NCBI GenBank assembly: GCA_965240325.2
Contig: OZ251233.1
Span: forward strand, 496,001 to 560,000
Direction: 5' to 3'
Length of the DNA: 64,000 nt
From: Rebecca billardiae RCC1528
Lineage: Eukaryota > Protista > Haptophyta
This document shows positions 31,389 through 42,646 of the stretch, one piece after another. Position numbers and translations under genes: made by a program. Under the pieces are notes generated by a model that saw nothing but the letters and a program-made list of their open reading frames with translations, had not been told where the DNA came from and ran no database searches. Every line of letters starts with the position of its first letter. Within the stretch, counting starts at the first letter, position 1.

Positions 31389-32517
31389 CAAGGGCGGTAA
31401 GGGCTGTCAACTCCCAGTGGCGGCGGTGGCAGAGGTTGGTCGCCGCTTCGTCGCTGCGCGGCCTCGCTCCAGCGACTAACTCTCGTGGGCGCCCGCCCTG
31501 GGGGGCGAGTGGGGCGCGCACGGCGCGAGCTCCTGTGGCCGTGTACGCGCGCGCGGAGGCGGCGCGCGTGGCTGGGCAGGTGCTAAGGAGTGTATGTCGC
31601 CCTCCCACGCCGCGCGCCTTGCTCGCCGCCGCTTTCGCCGCGCCTCAGGCCAGCGCGCACGCGTGCGCCGCCTCCAGAGCCAGCCTCGGGCAATCGGCAG
31701 CCGCCCGCGCATGTGTGGTGCGCGGTCTGGTCGGCGCGAGTCGGTCGGGGCCATCGGGCGAGGCTCGCATACTATAGACGCGCGCCATGCTGCCTCGCGC
31801 CGCCGCGCATGGGCCCGGTCCCATCCCGTGAAGCTGTTGAAGGAAGCTGATCGATGAATGCACGACAAGCAGAAATGAGCTCGAATACGTGACAGTGAGC
31901 GCACATGCGCGTGATAGGCGGCCGCATTGGGCGCGTGTACGGCGTCCTATGAGTGCATTGCCCCGCTCTTCATCGCCTGCGCGCGTCTATTGTGCTCTCC
32001 AGCGTCTCCATGAGCGTCCAAACATGAGCATTTTCGCATTCGTGCTGCAGTTCGTGTCAGACCTAAGATGCTTGCGTGTCGACCCATGACAACCCACGCG
32101 CGGCGGCGCGAGGCAGCATGGCGCGCGTCTATAGTATGCGAGCCTCGCCCGATGGCCCCGACCGACTCGCGCCGACCAGACCGCGCACCACACATGCGCG
32201 GGCGGCTGCCGATTGCCCGAGGCTGGCTCTGGAGGCGGCGCACGCGTGCGCGCTGGCCTGAGGCGCGGCGAAAGCGGCGGCGAGCAAGGCGCGCGGCGTG
32301 GGAGGGCGACATACACTCCTTAGCACCTGCCCAGCCACGCGCGCCGCCTCCGCGCGCGCGTACACGGCCACAGGAGCTCGCGCCGTGCGCGCCCCACTCG
32401 CCCCCCAGGGCGGGCGCCCACGAGAGTTAGTCGCTGGAGCGAGGCCGCGCAGCGACGAAGCGGCGACCAACCTCTGCCACCGCCGCCACTGGGAGTTGAC
32501 AGCCCTTACCGCCCTTG
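31389..32517. mobile_element. Foldback TIR element with 425-bp arms and a 7-bp TSD; P-superfamily-like termini
   Basis: Arms 31389-31813 and 32093-32517 are reverse complements around a 279-bp spacer. Termini CAAGG...CCTTG. TSD CCTCAGC at 31382-88 and 32518-24. Confidence 0.9.
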
Positions 32518-33055
32518 CCTCAGCTCCAGACGGGTGGTGAGCTGGGAAGCGAGTCCGGCCGGGGCCAGGCGAGCTCTTGATTTTCTCGTCAGTCTCGCGG
32601 CGTCTTTCTCACACTAATCAGGCATCTGGGTCAACCAGGTCCCCTGACTGAGTCAGCTGCGCTGCCCATCTCAAATGGGCCTCAACGGCGCCGCTGACGT
32701 GGCTGTCAGCCAATCAACCATATCACTTATCCAGCTGCTGATGATCAGCATATATGGAATAGAGATGAGCAGACCCTATGCCTTGCCTGCCGCCTTAAGC
32801 GGAGGCTTGCATGGGATTAGAGGGATGAGGCATTGCCAGGAACGGACGGCCCCTCCGCCCGCATTCATCCTGCCGACCGGCACTGCGCTGTCGGCAGCAG
32901 CCGCGTCGGCTGGGTGTGAGTGCGGGCGTGTGGCCGCCCTAGCCCCTCCCCTGTCGCCCGCCCTCGGGCGGGCGACCTCGGTGCCGCAGCCCTCAACAGG
33001 CCCAGCACCGCTGCCAGCAGCCCTGCGGACGGCCGCCGACAGGAGGGAGCTGAGC

Positions 33056-34900
33056 TCACGTCCTGCCGGATCCTATCCGCTGACGGCGTGCCCGGCCAGG
33101 CCGGGCACGCCGCGGGCCGCCAGCCCTGCCCTGCCCTGACACCTGCCCACCTGGCGTTGATGCCGGCTGCCAGGTGACAGGGCGAGGGCCTGCAGCACGC
33201 TGCAGCGTCCCCGACACCAGCGTGGCCGCGACCATGTACTTGCCCATAGTCAACCAGACCTCACAGCGCAAAGCAGCTGCCAAGGCCCAGAACGAGTGCA
33301 CGATGTGGGCCAAGTCGCGCACACCAGAGTAGCCAGTGAGCAGACCTGCCAAGGCACTCGTGTTGACGAGCCTGTGCTTTCGGAAGCGGAAGACCCGGGG
33401 GCGCAGGGCCCCCAGCATGACGGCCATGAATAGGAGAGAGGCCATAGATAGGCCAGAGTCCATCACTGCCCCCAACTAGTGCTGGAAGTGATCCTTCCCA
33501 GAGAGAGCCCTGCTGAACAGAGGCTGCAGGGCGGCCCTGCCGAAGCGGTAAGAAGCCCACTGCAGCTTGCCCAGAAGGCTGCCCATGTCCGACTGTTTGG
33601 CAATGCAACCTGCCGCAAGGATGGCTTCGATGGTATCCACCAGCAAAGAGATCCTGTCAGCATGCACGCTGCACCTGAGCTCGCTGCTGCGAGCAAAAGC
33701 AGAGAAGTCGTGTATGACCCTTAGGAAGGTTTTCACCAGACTTGGCCTGGTTGAACTGGAAGCCCATAAGGAGGCCCAGGTCCACCAGCAGCCCCTGCCC
33801 TCCTTTCGCAAAAGTGGGCTCACACACAGCAAAGCCCTACTCAAAGTAGTGCCCCACACAGATGGGAAGCGCCAGCACTGCGACCCTGGTGACGAACTCA
33901 GCCAGGCGATTGAATTGGATGACCGCGCTCTTCAGGCCAGAGTTGACCCCTGGAGACGAAAGAACACCACACGTCAGCGGAATGGGTCCCAGTGCGCGAG
34001 CAACGTGAATCGTGGCTGAGAGCACTGGATCCGGCGACACCCTGCTTCCATGTCCTCGATGCCCAGCATCATAGACCATCCAGAGTGGCCCAGCTGTCCC
34101 AGCACGTCGCTGACCAGGGCAGCCGCCCCTGCCGGGAAATCGCCCAAGGTGCACCGAAGCCGTTCGTGCAACGTTGTACACGAGTTGTGCAAGGAGGCCT
34201 TGGCGTTGTCGCACAGGCTGACCCTGCCGCCTTGTGGCACCCCGAGGCGGATCATGGGCACGCCACTTGTGCCTGCCGAAGAGGCGATCGACGTCTGGCG
34301 ACGAGCCGATCTCCGCCGGCCATCAGTCCTGCACCTCCTGCTGGGTGCGGGCCCACAGTGCTTCAAGGACGTCTGGGTGAGCGGCGCCGGCAGCCTGGGA
34401 TTGGAGTTGCTCCTCCACCGCTGCATCTTACCCGGCGTGATCCAGGTCCGCCACGCGGAGGCAGGCGTGCCGCGCATCTGCTCGGAAGACTCCGCTGTCC
34501 GCGCAATTGCCCACGCACTGGACACCGCAGACCAAATGAAAGCCACATGGGGCTTGCCGACGGTCTTACCATTCCGCGCTCCGAAGACCCACTCGGGTCG
34601 GCGGATGGAACCCGGTCCGAGCTGACGCAGTTCAGCCGACCAGCCAGACAGGCTGTCCGCCACCTCTCACGGTGTGGAACCAAGCCAGTCGGGCGTCGTG
34701 GACCGAGGTGCCTCTTGGTGCACAGATCCACGAGGCCGCCGCGCGCATGTCGAGTGCCAGGCCGAGCACAGGCGAGTTGAAGGGATGCTCCATCTGGCAC
34801 GCGGCCTCGATCCTGGGAGTGCCACTGCTGCTGCTTGAGCGTCGGCCGCTGGTATGCGGTGGCCACCACCAGGCCTGGGATGACCGACGTCGCCGCCTGG
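33056..34900 (-). pseudogene. Frameshifted and stop-interrupted pol: reverse transcriptase plus RNase H
   Basis: Fragments GFHLV..DSGVFR, LWARTQQEV, IRLGVPQGGRVSLCDNAKASLHN, EDMEAGCRRI, GLKSAVIQFNR, and CVGHYFE* (decayed YxDD). Downstream RNase H-like LVNTSALAGLLTGYSGVRDLAHIVHSFWALAAALRCEVW. Confidence 0.8.
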
Positions 34901-35163
34901 TGGACGGGCGGCCGGCGCATAACGTCGCGTTGCGCGCGCACCGCCTCCCGGCGCTGTGCGTCCGCTGCGACGCCGAACTCACCGGCCGCCATGCCGCATG
35001 TGCGACGGCCGTCCGGGACCGAAAGACCCCGGGTGTCCGGGGTGCGCAGGGTCACCGTGCGGCCGGGGCCGCGGCCCGCGGGCGGGAAATCAGCCGCCGC
35101 GCAGCGAGCGCCCCGATGGCAGCCGTCCCCAACCCCGCCGACGCGCCGCTGGCGCCCGACGAA

Positions 35164-35740
35164 TCCATCGAGCCACGAGGGCTGGACCCTGTCTCCATGA
35201 GACGACGGCGGCGGCCACAAGGGCGCACACGCCCAGACCGTCCGCTGCAGCACCGCGATATGCGGCGTGAGCTTCCCGGTTGCAGGTTGCAGGCAACCCT
35301 CACCGACTCACGAAGAGCCGACTGAGGCAGGCCAGAGCACCAGCGGGCCATCGAGCCACAAGGGCTGGACCCTGTCTCCATGAGACAACGGCGGCGGCCA
35401 CAAGGGCGCACACGCCCAGACCGTCCGCTGCAGCACCGCGATATGCGGCGTGAGCTTCCCGGTTGCAGGTTGCAGGCAACCCTCACAGACTCCCGAAGGG
35501 CCGACTGAGGTAGGCCAGAGCGCCAGCGGGCCATCGAGCCACGAGGGCTGGACCCTGTCTCCATGAGACACCGACGGTGGCCCCGAGGGCACGTACGCCC
35601 CGACCGTCTGCGGCAGCGCCGCGGAATGCAACGAGCGCTTCTCGGTTGCAGGTTGTTGGCAACCCTCGCCGACCCGCGAAGAGCCGGCGGTCGGGGGAGG
35701 CCCGATCCCCGCGGGCCATCGCGCCACGAGGACTGGGCCA
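35164..35740. repeat. About 183-bp tandem repeat, roughly 3 copies (same family as 37240-40450)
   Basis: Anchor ccatcgagccac at about 35164, 35348 and 35531. Confidence 0.9.
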
Positions 35741-37239
35741 TGTCGCTGTGCGAGCCCAGCTGCGGCCCCAAGGGCACGCTCGCCGAGGCCGTCGCCGCGC
35801 CCCCGGGGGGCAACGCAACGCGATGCAGCTGCGACTCGGAGCCGCCTGCTGATGCGCTGCTGATGCGCTGCCCGGGCCGCTCAACGCCTCGAAGAAGCTC
35901 CCCGGGCACTCGGAGAGATCTCCGGCGGCCAAGTGCCGCCGTTCCCGCAGTTCTCGGACGCCCTCGCCGCCGGGGCATCCGTGCCATCGCCGGAGGGGCG
36001 TGAGCAGTGCGCGTGCCCTGCTCCCTGAGCACATGGTGCTGGACGAGGTGAACGACACGGCCCTTGTGCCAGCGCTCCGAGACGACCAGTCACGGGCGTG
36101 TGCCACTCGTTCCAGCGGAGCGGCAGCTGCCCCAAGGTGAGGTGCCGCTTCCTCCATGTGCAGCAGAAGCAAAGCCGAAGGCTGGCGACGGCCGCGGGAA
36201 GCGCAAGGCAGGGTCAGACTCAGGTGGGGATCACACGTCCAATGATGAGTAGACGATATGACTGCACTGCAGCTTCCTTGTGTAGGGTGGGTTGGGTGGG
36301 ACGCGATGCAGCTGCGACTCGGAGCCGCCTGCTGATGCGCTTTTCCTTGCGGCGGCGAGTGCCGCCTCACCCGGAAGAACATCCGGTCCACTGTGAGTCT
36401 GCGCACTGCCGGACCGCGCACGGTCCGGGCACGATGCATGGTGTGTGTGACCTCTGGTTGTTTGAGCCATCTTCTGATTAGTAAGCTGCCACCAGCCTTC
36501 GGTGTTTATCGCACCACTAATCAGGCATCTGGGTCAACCAGGTCCCCTGACTGAGTCAGCTGCGCTGCCCATCTCAAATGGGCCTCAACGGCGCCGCTGA
36601 CGTGGCTGTCAGCCAATCAACCATATCACTTATCCAGCTGCTGATGATCAGCATATATGGAATAGAGATGAGCAGACCCTATGCCTTGCCTGCCGCCTTA
36701 AGCGGAGGCTTGCATGGGATTAGAGGGATGAGGCATTGCCAGGAACGGACGGCCCCTCCGCCCGCATTCATCCTGCCGACCGGCACTGCGCTGTCGGCAG
36801 CAGCCGCGTCGGCTGGGTGTGAGTGCGGGCGTGTGGCCGCCCTAGCCCCATTGATTGCCCTCCTGGCCACTGCGGTTGCCCGCACCCGGCGTCATCCCTT
36901 CCCATCGCTGCCTCAGATGGCGCACAGGGAGACTGCAGAGGTCTGCTCGGCCACTTCTGGCCTGCTCGCTGCATAGTATGTATGATGCAGCACAGTGCCG
37001 CATGCATCAGTGGAGCACGCGCGCCTGATGGCCATCACCGGCCAGATAGCACCATCAGGTGCTATCTGCGCTGCCAGTGCCACTGCTGGCACTGGCTGCG
37101 GCAGCGGGGGCAGTCCCTCGTTCGAGTAGTCCTGCCTCCCTGCTGGCGAGTCGGTCCATTGACCGCCGGTGTGCGCAATGGCATGCCCCACAGCTAGTGC
37201 GCACGAGTCAGTCCAGCGCACGCGAACTGCTCGCGCCTT

Positions 37240-40200
37240 GATGCAGGCACCCCTCACCGACTCACGAAGAGCCGAGTGAGGTAGGCCCGAGCACCAGCTG
37301 GCCATCGAGCCACGAGGGCTGAAACCTATCTCCATGAGGAGATAACTGCCCAGAGGGCGCACGCCCACTGACCGGACCCGCGCCCGCTGCAGCCCAGCTT
37401 CAGTATGCAGCATGAGCCAGTCCTGGTTGCAGGCTGCACTCGGCCAGCCTCACCGACTCCCGGAGGGCCGACTGAGGGAGGCCCGAGCACCAGCTGGCCA
37501 TCGAGCCACAAGGGCTGGGCCCTGTCTCCATGAGACAACGCAGCTGCCAAGAGGGCACACTCATGCCCAGACCGTAAGCTGCAGCCACCGCTGCATGCTG
37601 CAGTGATGCTGCGCGAGCTTTTCAGCTGCAAGTCGCAGGCATGCAACCCTCACAGACGCACGAAGGGTCGAATATGAGGTAATAAAGGTTGCGCAGGCTA
37701 TAACCCTCACCGACGACTCACGAAGAGCTGACTGAGGGAGGCCCGAGCACCAGCGGGCCATCAAGCCAAGATGACTGGGGCCCTGTCTCCATGAGACATG
37801 ACGGCGGTGGCCACCAGGGCGCACACGCCCAGACCGTCCGCGCAACAGCAATGCAATGTGCTGCGTGTCAGCGTGAGCTTCCAGGAGTTGTGACAGGCGG
37901 TTGCAGGCAACGCCCTCACCGACTCACGTGAGAGCCCTGGACTGAGGTAGGCCCAAGCATCTGCGGGCCATCGAGCCACGCGGGCTGGACCCTGTCCGTT
38001 CGCATAGCAGTTACTTGTCATAATCAGAGACAACCGTGTGGCGGCCACGAGGGCACACACACACAGTAACCGGTCTGCGCCTCAGCACCGCCTTGCGCAT
38101 TGTGCTGCGTGAGCTTCCAGGTTGCAGGCGGTTGCAGGCAACCCTCACCGACTTACGAAGAGCCCGGGACTGAGGTAGGCCCGAGCATCAGCGGGCCATC
38201 GAGCAACACGGGCCTGCTGACGGACCCTGTCTCAGCATGTGAGACAACTGCGCCGGCCGGGCCACCAGGGCACACACGCCCAGACCGTCCGCCGCGCCTC
38301 AGCACCGCAATGTAATGCTGCGTGAGCTTCCAGGTTGCAGGCGGTTGCGGGCAACCCTCACCGACTCACGAAGAGCCCGGGACTGAGGTAGGCCAGAGCA
38401 TCAGCGGGCCATCGAGCCACGCTGGCTGGACCCTGTCTGTCTTCATGAGACCGAACGGCGGCGGCCAAGAGGGCACACACGCCCAGACAGTCAGCTACAG
38501 CGCAGCAGTATGCTGCGCGTGACGAGCTTCCTGGTTGCAGGTTGCAGGCAACCCTCACCGACTGCCGAAGGGCCGACTGAGGTAGGCCAGCGCACCAGCC
38601 GGCCATCGAGCCACGAGGGCTGGACCCTGTCTCCGCGAGACAACGGCGGCGGCCACGAGGGCGCACATGCCCAGACCGCCCGCTGCAGCACCGCGACATG
38701 CGGCGTGAGCTTCCCGGTTGCAGGTTGGGGGCAACCCTCACCGACTCCCGAAGGGTCGACTGAGGTAGGCCAGAGCACCAGCGAGCCATCGAGCCACAAG
38801 GGCTGGACCCTGTCTTCATGAGACAAAGGCGGCGGCCACGAGAGCACACACGCCCAGACCGTCCACTGCAGCACAGCGACATGCGGCGTGAGCTTCCCGG
38901 TTGCAGGTTGCAGGCAACCCTCACCGACTCCCGAAGGGCCGACCGAGGTAGGCCAGAGCACCAGCGAGCCATCGAGCCACGAGGGCTGGGCCCTGTCTCC
39001 ATGAGACAACGGCGGCGGCCACAAGGGCACACACACCCAAACCGGCCGCTGCAGCACAGCTGTATGCGGCGTGAGCTTCCCGGTTGCAGGTGCAGGCGAC
39101 CCTCACCGACTCCCGAAGGGCCGACTGAGGTAGGCCAGAGCACCAGCGGGCCATCGAGCCACGAGGGCTGGACCCTGTCTCCATGAGACAAAGGCGGCGG
39201 CCACGAGAGCACACACGCCCAGACCGTCCGCTGCAGCACAGCAACATGCGGCGTGAGCTTCCCGGTTGCAGGTTGCAGGCAACCCTCACCGACTCCCGAA
39301 GGGCCGACCGAGGTAGGCCAGAGCACCAGCGAGCCATCGAGCCACGAGGGCTGGGCCCTGTCCCCATGAGACAACGGCAGCGGCCACAAGGGCACACACA
39401 CCCAAACCGGCCGCTGCAGCACCGCTGTATGCGGCGTGAGCTTCCCGGTTGCAGGTGCAGGCGACCCTCACCGACTCCCGAAGGGCCGACTGAGGTAGGC
39501 CAGAGCACCAGCGGGCCATCGAGCCACGAGGGCTGGACCCTGTCTCCATGAGACAACGGCGGCGGCCACAAGGGCACACACGCCCAGACCGTCCGCTGCA
39601 GCACAGCGACATGCTGCGCACGCTTCCCGGTTGCAGGTTGCTGGCAACCCCCACCGACTCCAGAAGGGCCGACTGAGGCAGGCCAGAGCACCAGCGAGCC
39701 ATCGAGCCACGAGGGCTGGACCCTGTCTCCATGAGACAACGGCGGCGGCCACAAGGGCACACACACCCAAACCGGCCGCTGCAGCACAGCTGTATGCTGC
39801 GTGAGCTTCCCGGTTGCAGGTGCAGGCGACCCTCACCGACTCCCGAAGGACCGACTGAGGTAGGCCAGAGCACCAGCGGGCCATCGAGCCACGAGGGCTG
39901 GACCCTGTCTCCATGAGACAACGGCGGCGGCCACGAGGGCGCACACGCCCAGACCGTCCACTGCAGCACCGCGATATGCAGCGTGAGCTTCCCGGTTGCA
40001 GGTTGCAGGCAACCCTCACCGACTCACGAAGAGCCGACTGAGGCAGGCCAGAGCACCAGCGGGCCATCGAGCCACAAGGGCTGGACCCTGTCTCCATGAG
40101 ACAACGGCGGCGGCCACAAGGGCGCACACGCCCAGACCGTCCGCTGCAGCACCGCGATATGCGGCGTGAGCTTCCCGGTTGCAGGTTGCAGGCAACCCTC

Positions 40201-40450
40201 ACAGACTCCCGAAGGGCCGACTGAGGTAGGCCAGAGCGCCAGCGGGCCATCGAGCCACGAGGGCTGGACCCTGTCTCCATGAGACACCGACGGTGGCCCC
40301 GAGGGCACGCTCGCCCCGACCGTCTGCGGCAGCGCCGCGGAATGCAACGAGCGCTTCTCGGTTGCAGGTTGTTGGCAACCCTCGCCGACCCGCGAAGAGC
40401 CGGCGGTCGGGGGAGGCCCGATCCCCGCGGGCCATCGCGCCACGAGGGCT
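37240..40450. repeat. Tandem array of about 17 units of 182-183 bp, with a 365-bp higher-order dimer and a degeneration gradient
   Basis: Anchor ccatcgagccac recurs at about 38603, 38786, 38969, 39151, 39334, 39516, 39699, 39881, 40064 and 40247. Copies at 37240-38520 are longer and carry many indels. ORFs at 38818 and 39183 repeat at 365 bp. Confidence 0.95.
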
Positions 40451-40856
40451 GGGCCATGTCGCTGTGCGAGCCCAGCTGCGGCCCCAAGGGCACGCTCGCC
40501 GAGGCCGTCGCCGCGCCCCCGGGGGGGAACGCAACGCGATGCAGCTGCGACTCGGAGCCGCCTGCTGATGCGCTTTTCCTTGCGGCGGCGAGTGCCGCCT
40601 CACCCGGAAGAACATCCGGTCCACTGTGAGTCTGCGCACTGCCGGACCGCGCACGGTCCGGGCACGATGCATGGTGTGTGTGACCTCTGGTTGTTTGAGC
40701 CATCTTCTGATTAGTAAGCTGCCACCAGCCTTCGGTGTTTATCGCACCAGAATTGAGCGCGCGGGTGGCGCTTCGCAACTCACGCCGGAGAGGGCTGCTC
40801 GCGCGACCCAGGCGCGCGCGGCGTTGTGCCCCTCGCCCGCGGCGGGCTCGCTGGCC

Positions 40857-42615
40857 ATGCGGACCGCCGGGGGCGCGGTCCGCGACGGGTGGGCGGCGCT
40901 CCGGCGCGGCGCGCAGGCGCTGGTCGAGTGGCCCTGGTTCGACCGCGCCATCCTGCTCATCATCCTCACCAACTGCGCGATGCTCGCGTGGGAGGGGCCG
41001 AGCGCGCGCGGCGTGGTCGTCGAGACGCCCGTCACGCACGTGCTGCACCGGCTCTCGTTCGCGTTCCAGATCGTGTTCACGGTGGAGGCGTCGCTCAAGG
41101 TCCTCGCGTACGGCCTGCTCGCGCCCTCGCGCGGCTACCTGCGCGACGCGTGGAACCTTCTCGACCTTCTGATCGTCGTGGTCGGCTGGCTGCAGTACAT
41201 CGTGCCCGGCGCGCACAACCTCTCGGCGGTGCGCTGCGTGCGCGCGCTGCGCCCGCTGCGCACGATCAAGCGGATGCCCGGCGTGCGCTCGCTCGTGGAC
41301 ACCATGGTCGCCTCCGCGCCCGGCATCGCCGACGTCGCCAAGCTGTGCGGCTTCTTCTTTGCGATCGCGGCGCTGTTTGGCATGCAGCTGTTCGGCGGCA
41401 CGCTGCGGTACCACTGCGTGCCGCCGGGGTGGGACGCGCCGGGCTCGGGGTTCGAGGTCGACGACGCGCGCGTGTGCCGCCAGCACGGCACGCGCTCGAG
41501 CGCGTCCGCCGGCTGCCCCGCCGGCCTCTCCTGCGCCGACGTCTCCGCCCCGGACACGGAGGCGCTCGGGTTTGACACGTTCGGCAAGGCGACGATGACG
41601 ATCTTCGTGCTGGTGACGCTCGAGGGGTGGGCGGCGCTGATGTACGACGAGGTGGACGCGATCGGCTGGCCCGCGGTGGTCTACTTCCTCCTCGTCGTGC
41701 TCTGCGGCGCGCTCCTCGTCTTCAACCTCGTGTGCGCGGTCATCATCGACCGGTTCGTGCCGCCCGAGCGCGACACCGCGCCGCCGCTCGCCGAGAGCGC
41801 CATGGTGGAGCGGCTGCTCTCGGTGTTCCGCGAGCCGCCGAGCGCGTGGCGGCTGCGCGTGCTCGCGCTCGTCGAGAGCCGCGCCTTCCGCGCCGTCATC
41901 CTCGGCGCCACCGCGCTGAACACGCTCGTGCTCGCGCTGTACCACCACGGGATGGAGCCGGCCTTTGAGAACATTCTCGAGGGCCTCAACAACGGCCTCG
42001 CGCTCGTCTTCCTGGGGGAGATGGGGCTCAAGCTGTTCGCGCTGGGGCTGCGCGCGTACATGGCGGACAGCTTCAACGTCTTCGACGGGCTCGTCGTCCT
42101 CTCCTCCCTGCTCGAGATGGCGCTCTCCCTCTCGGGCGTGGACGCGCTCAACGTGTCGCAGCTGCGCGCCTTCCGCCTCTTCCGCGTGCTCAAGCTCGCG
42201 CGCTCGTCCGCCGGGATGCGCCGCGTGCTCTCGATGATGATGAGCTCGCTGTTCCAGCTGAACTCGCTGCTCGTGCTGATGGCGCTCGTGCTCTTCGTCT
42301 TCGCCGCGCTCGGCATGCAGCTCTTCGGCCTGCGCTTCACGCCGGCCGCCGGTTTTGACGAGGTGCCGCGCGCAAACTTTGACGACATCCGCCACTCACT
42401 CATCACCTCCTTCATCGCGCTGTCCGGGGAGGACTGGCCGGACATCTACTCGACGTGCTTCCAGATCTCGCAGCCGGCGGCGACGCTCTTCTTCATCGCG
42501 CTGCACGTCGTGGGCAACTACGTGCTGCTCAACCTGATCATCGCCATCCTGCTCTCCAACATCGAGCTGGACGACGACGACGAGGACGACGACGAGGACG
42601 ACGACGAGGACGGCA

Positions 42616-42646
<31 letters not shown>

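Larger units (their letters stand above)
32612..40749 (-). mobile_element. DIRS-order-like retroelement complex with split direct repeats (minus-strand order A1 - satellite - B1/A2 - pol - B2), or a head-to-tail dimer
   Basis: Repeat B 32612-32946 = 36515-36849. Repeat A 36301-36516 = 40534-40749. Segment about 35164-35858 matches about 39880-40574. B and A abut through a shared CA at 36515-16, and CA also marks both outer ends. Contains a decayed RT/RNase H. No conventional TSD. Confidence 0.8.

Noticed and set aside
37240-40450. CRISPR array
   Set aside because: Units are homologous along their whole 183 bp with no unique spacers, there are no cas genes, and the context is eukaryotic.
35164-40450. 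Hammerhead, HDV ribozyme, 5S rRNA or snRNA identity for the repeat unit
   Set aside because: No CUGANGA...GAAA core on either strand. The gcc-cucgu-ggc hairpin resembles HDV P3/L3, but I could not build P1/P1.1/P2. No 5S or U-snRNA signature. Left unassigned pending Infernal.
40730-40749. tRNA primer-binding site or tRNA 3' end (…gcacca; TGGTGCG on the minus strand)
   Set aside because: No upstream LTR and no cloverleaf. The sequence is the element terminus and forms a small hairpin (ggtg-tttatcg-cacc).
40626-40856. Channel N-terminus starting at 40626
   Set aside because: The GTG start lies inside retroelement repeat A, which is also present at 36301-36516. ATG 40857 (gccATG) just before S1 is the more plausible native start.
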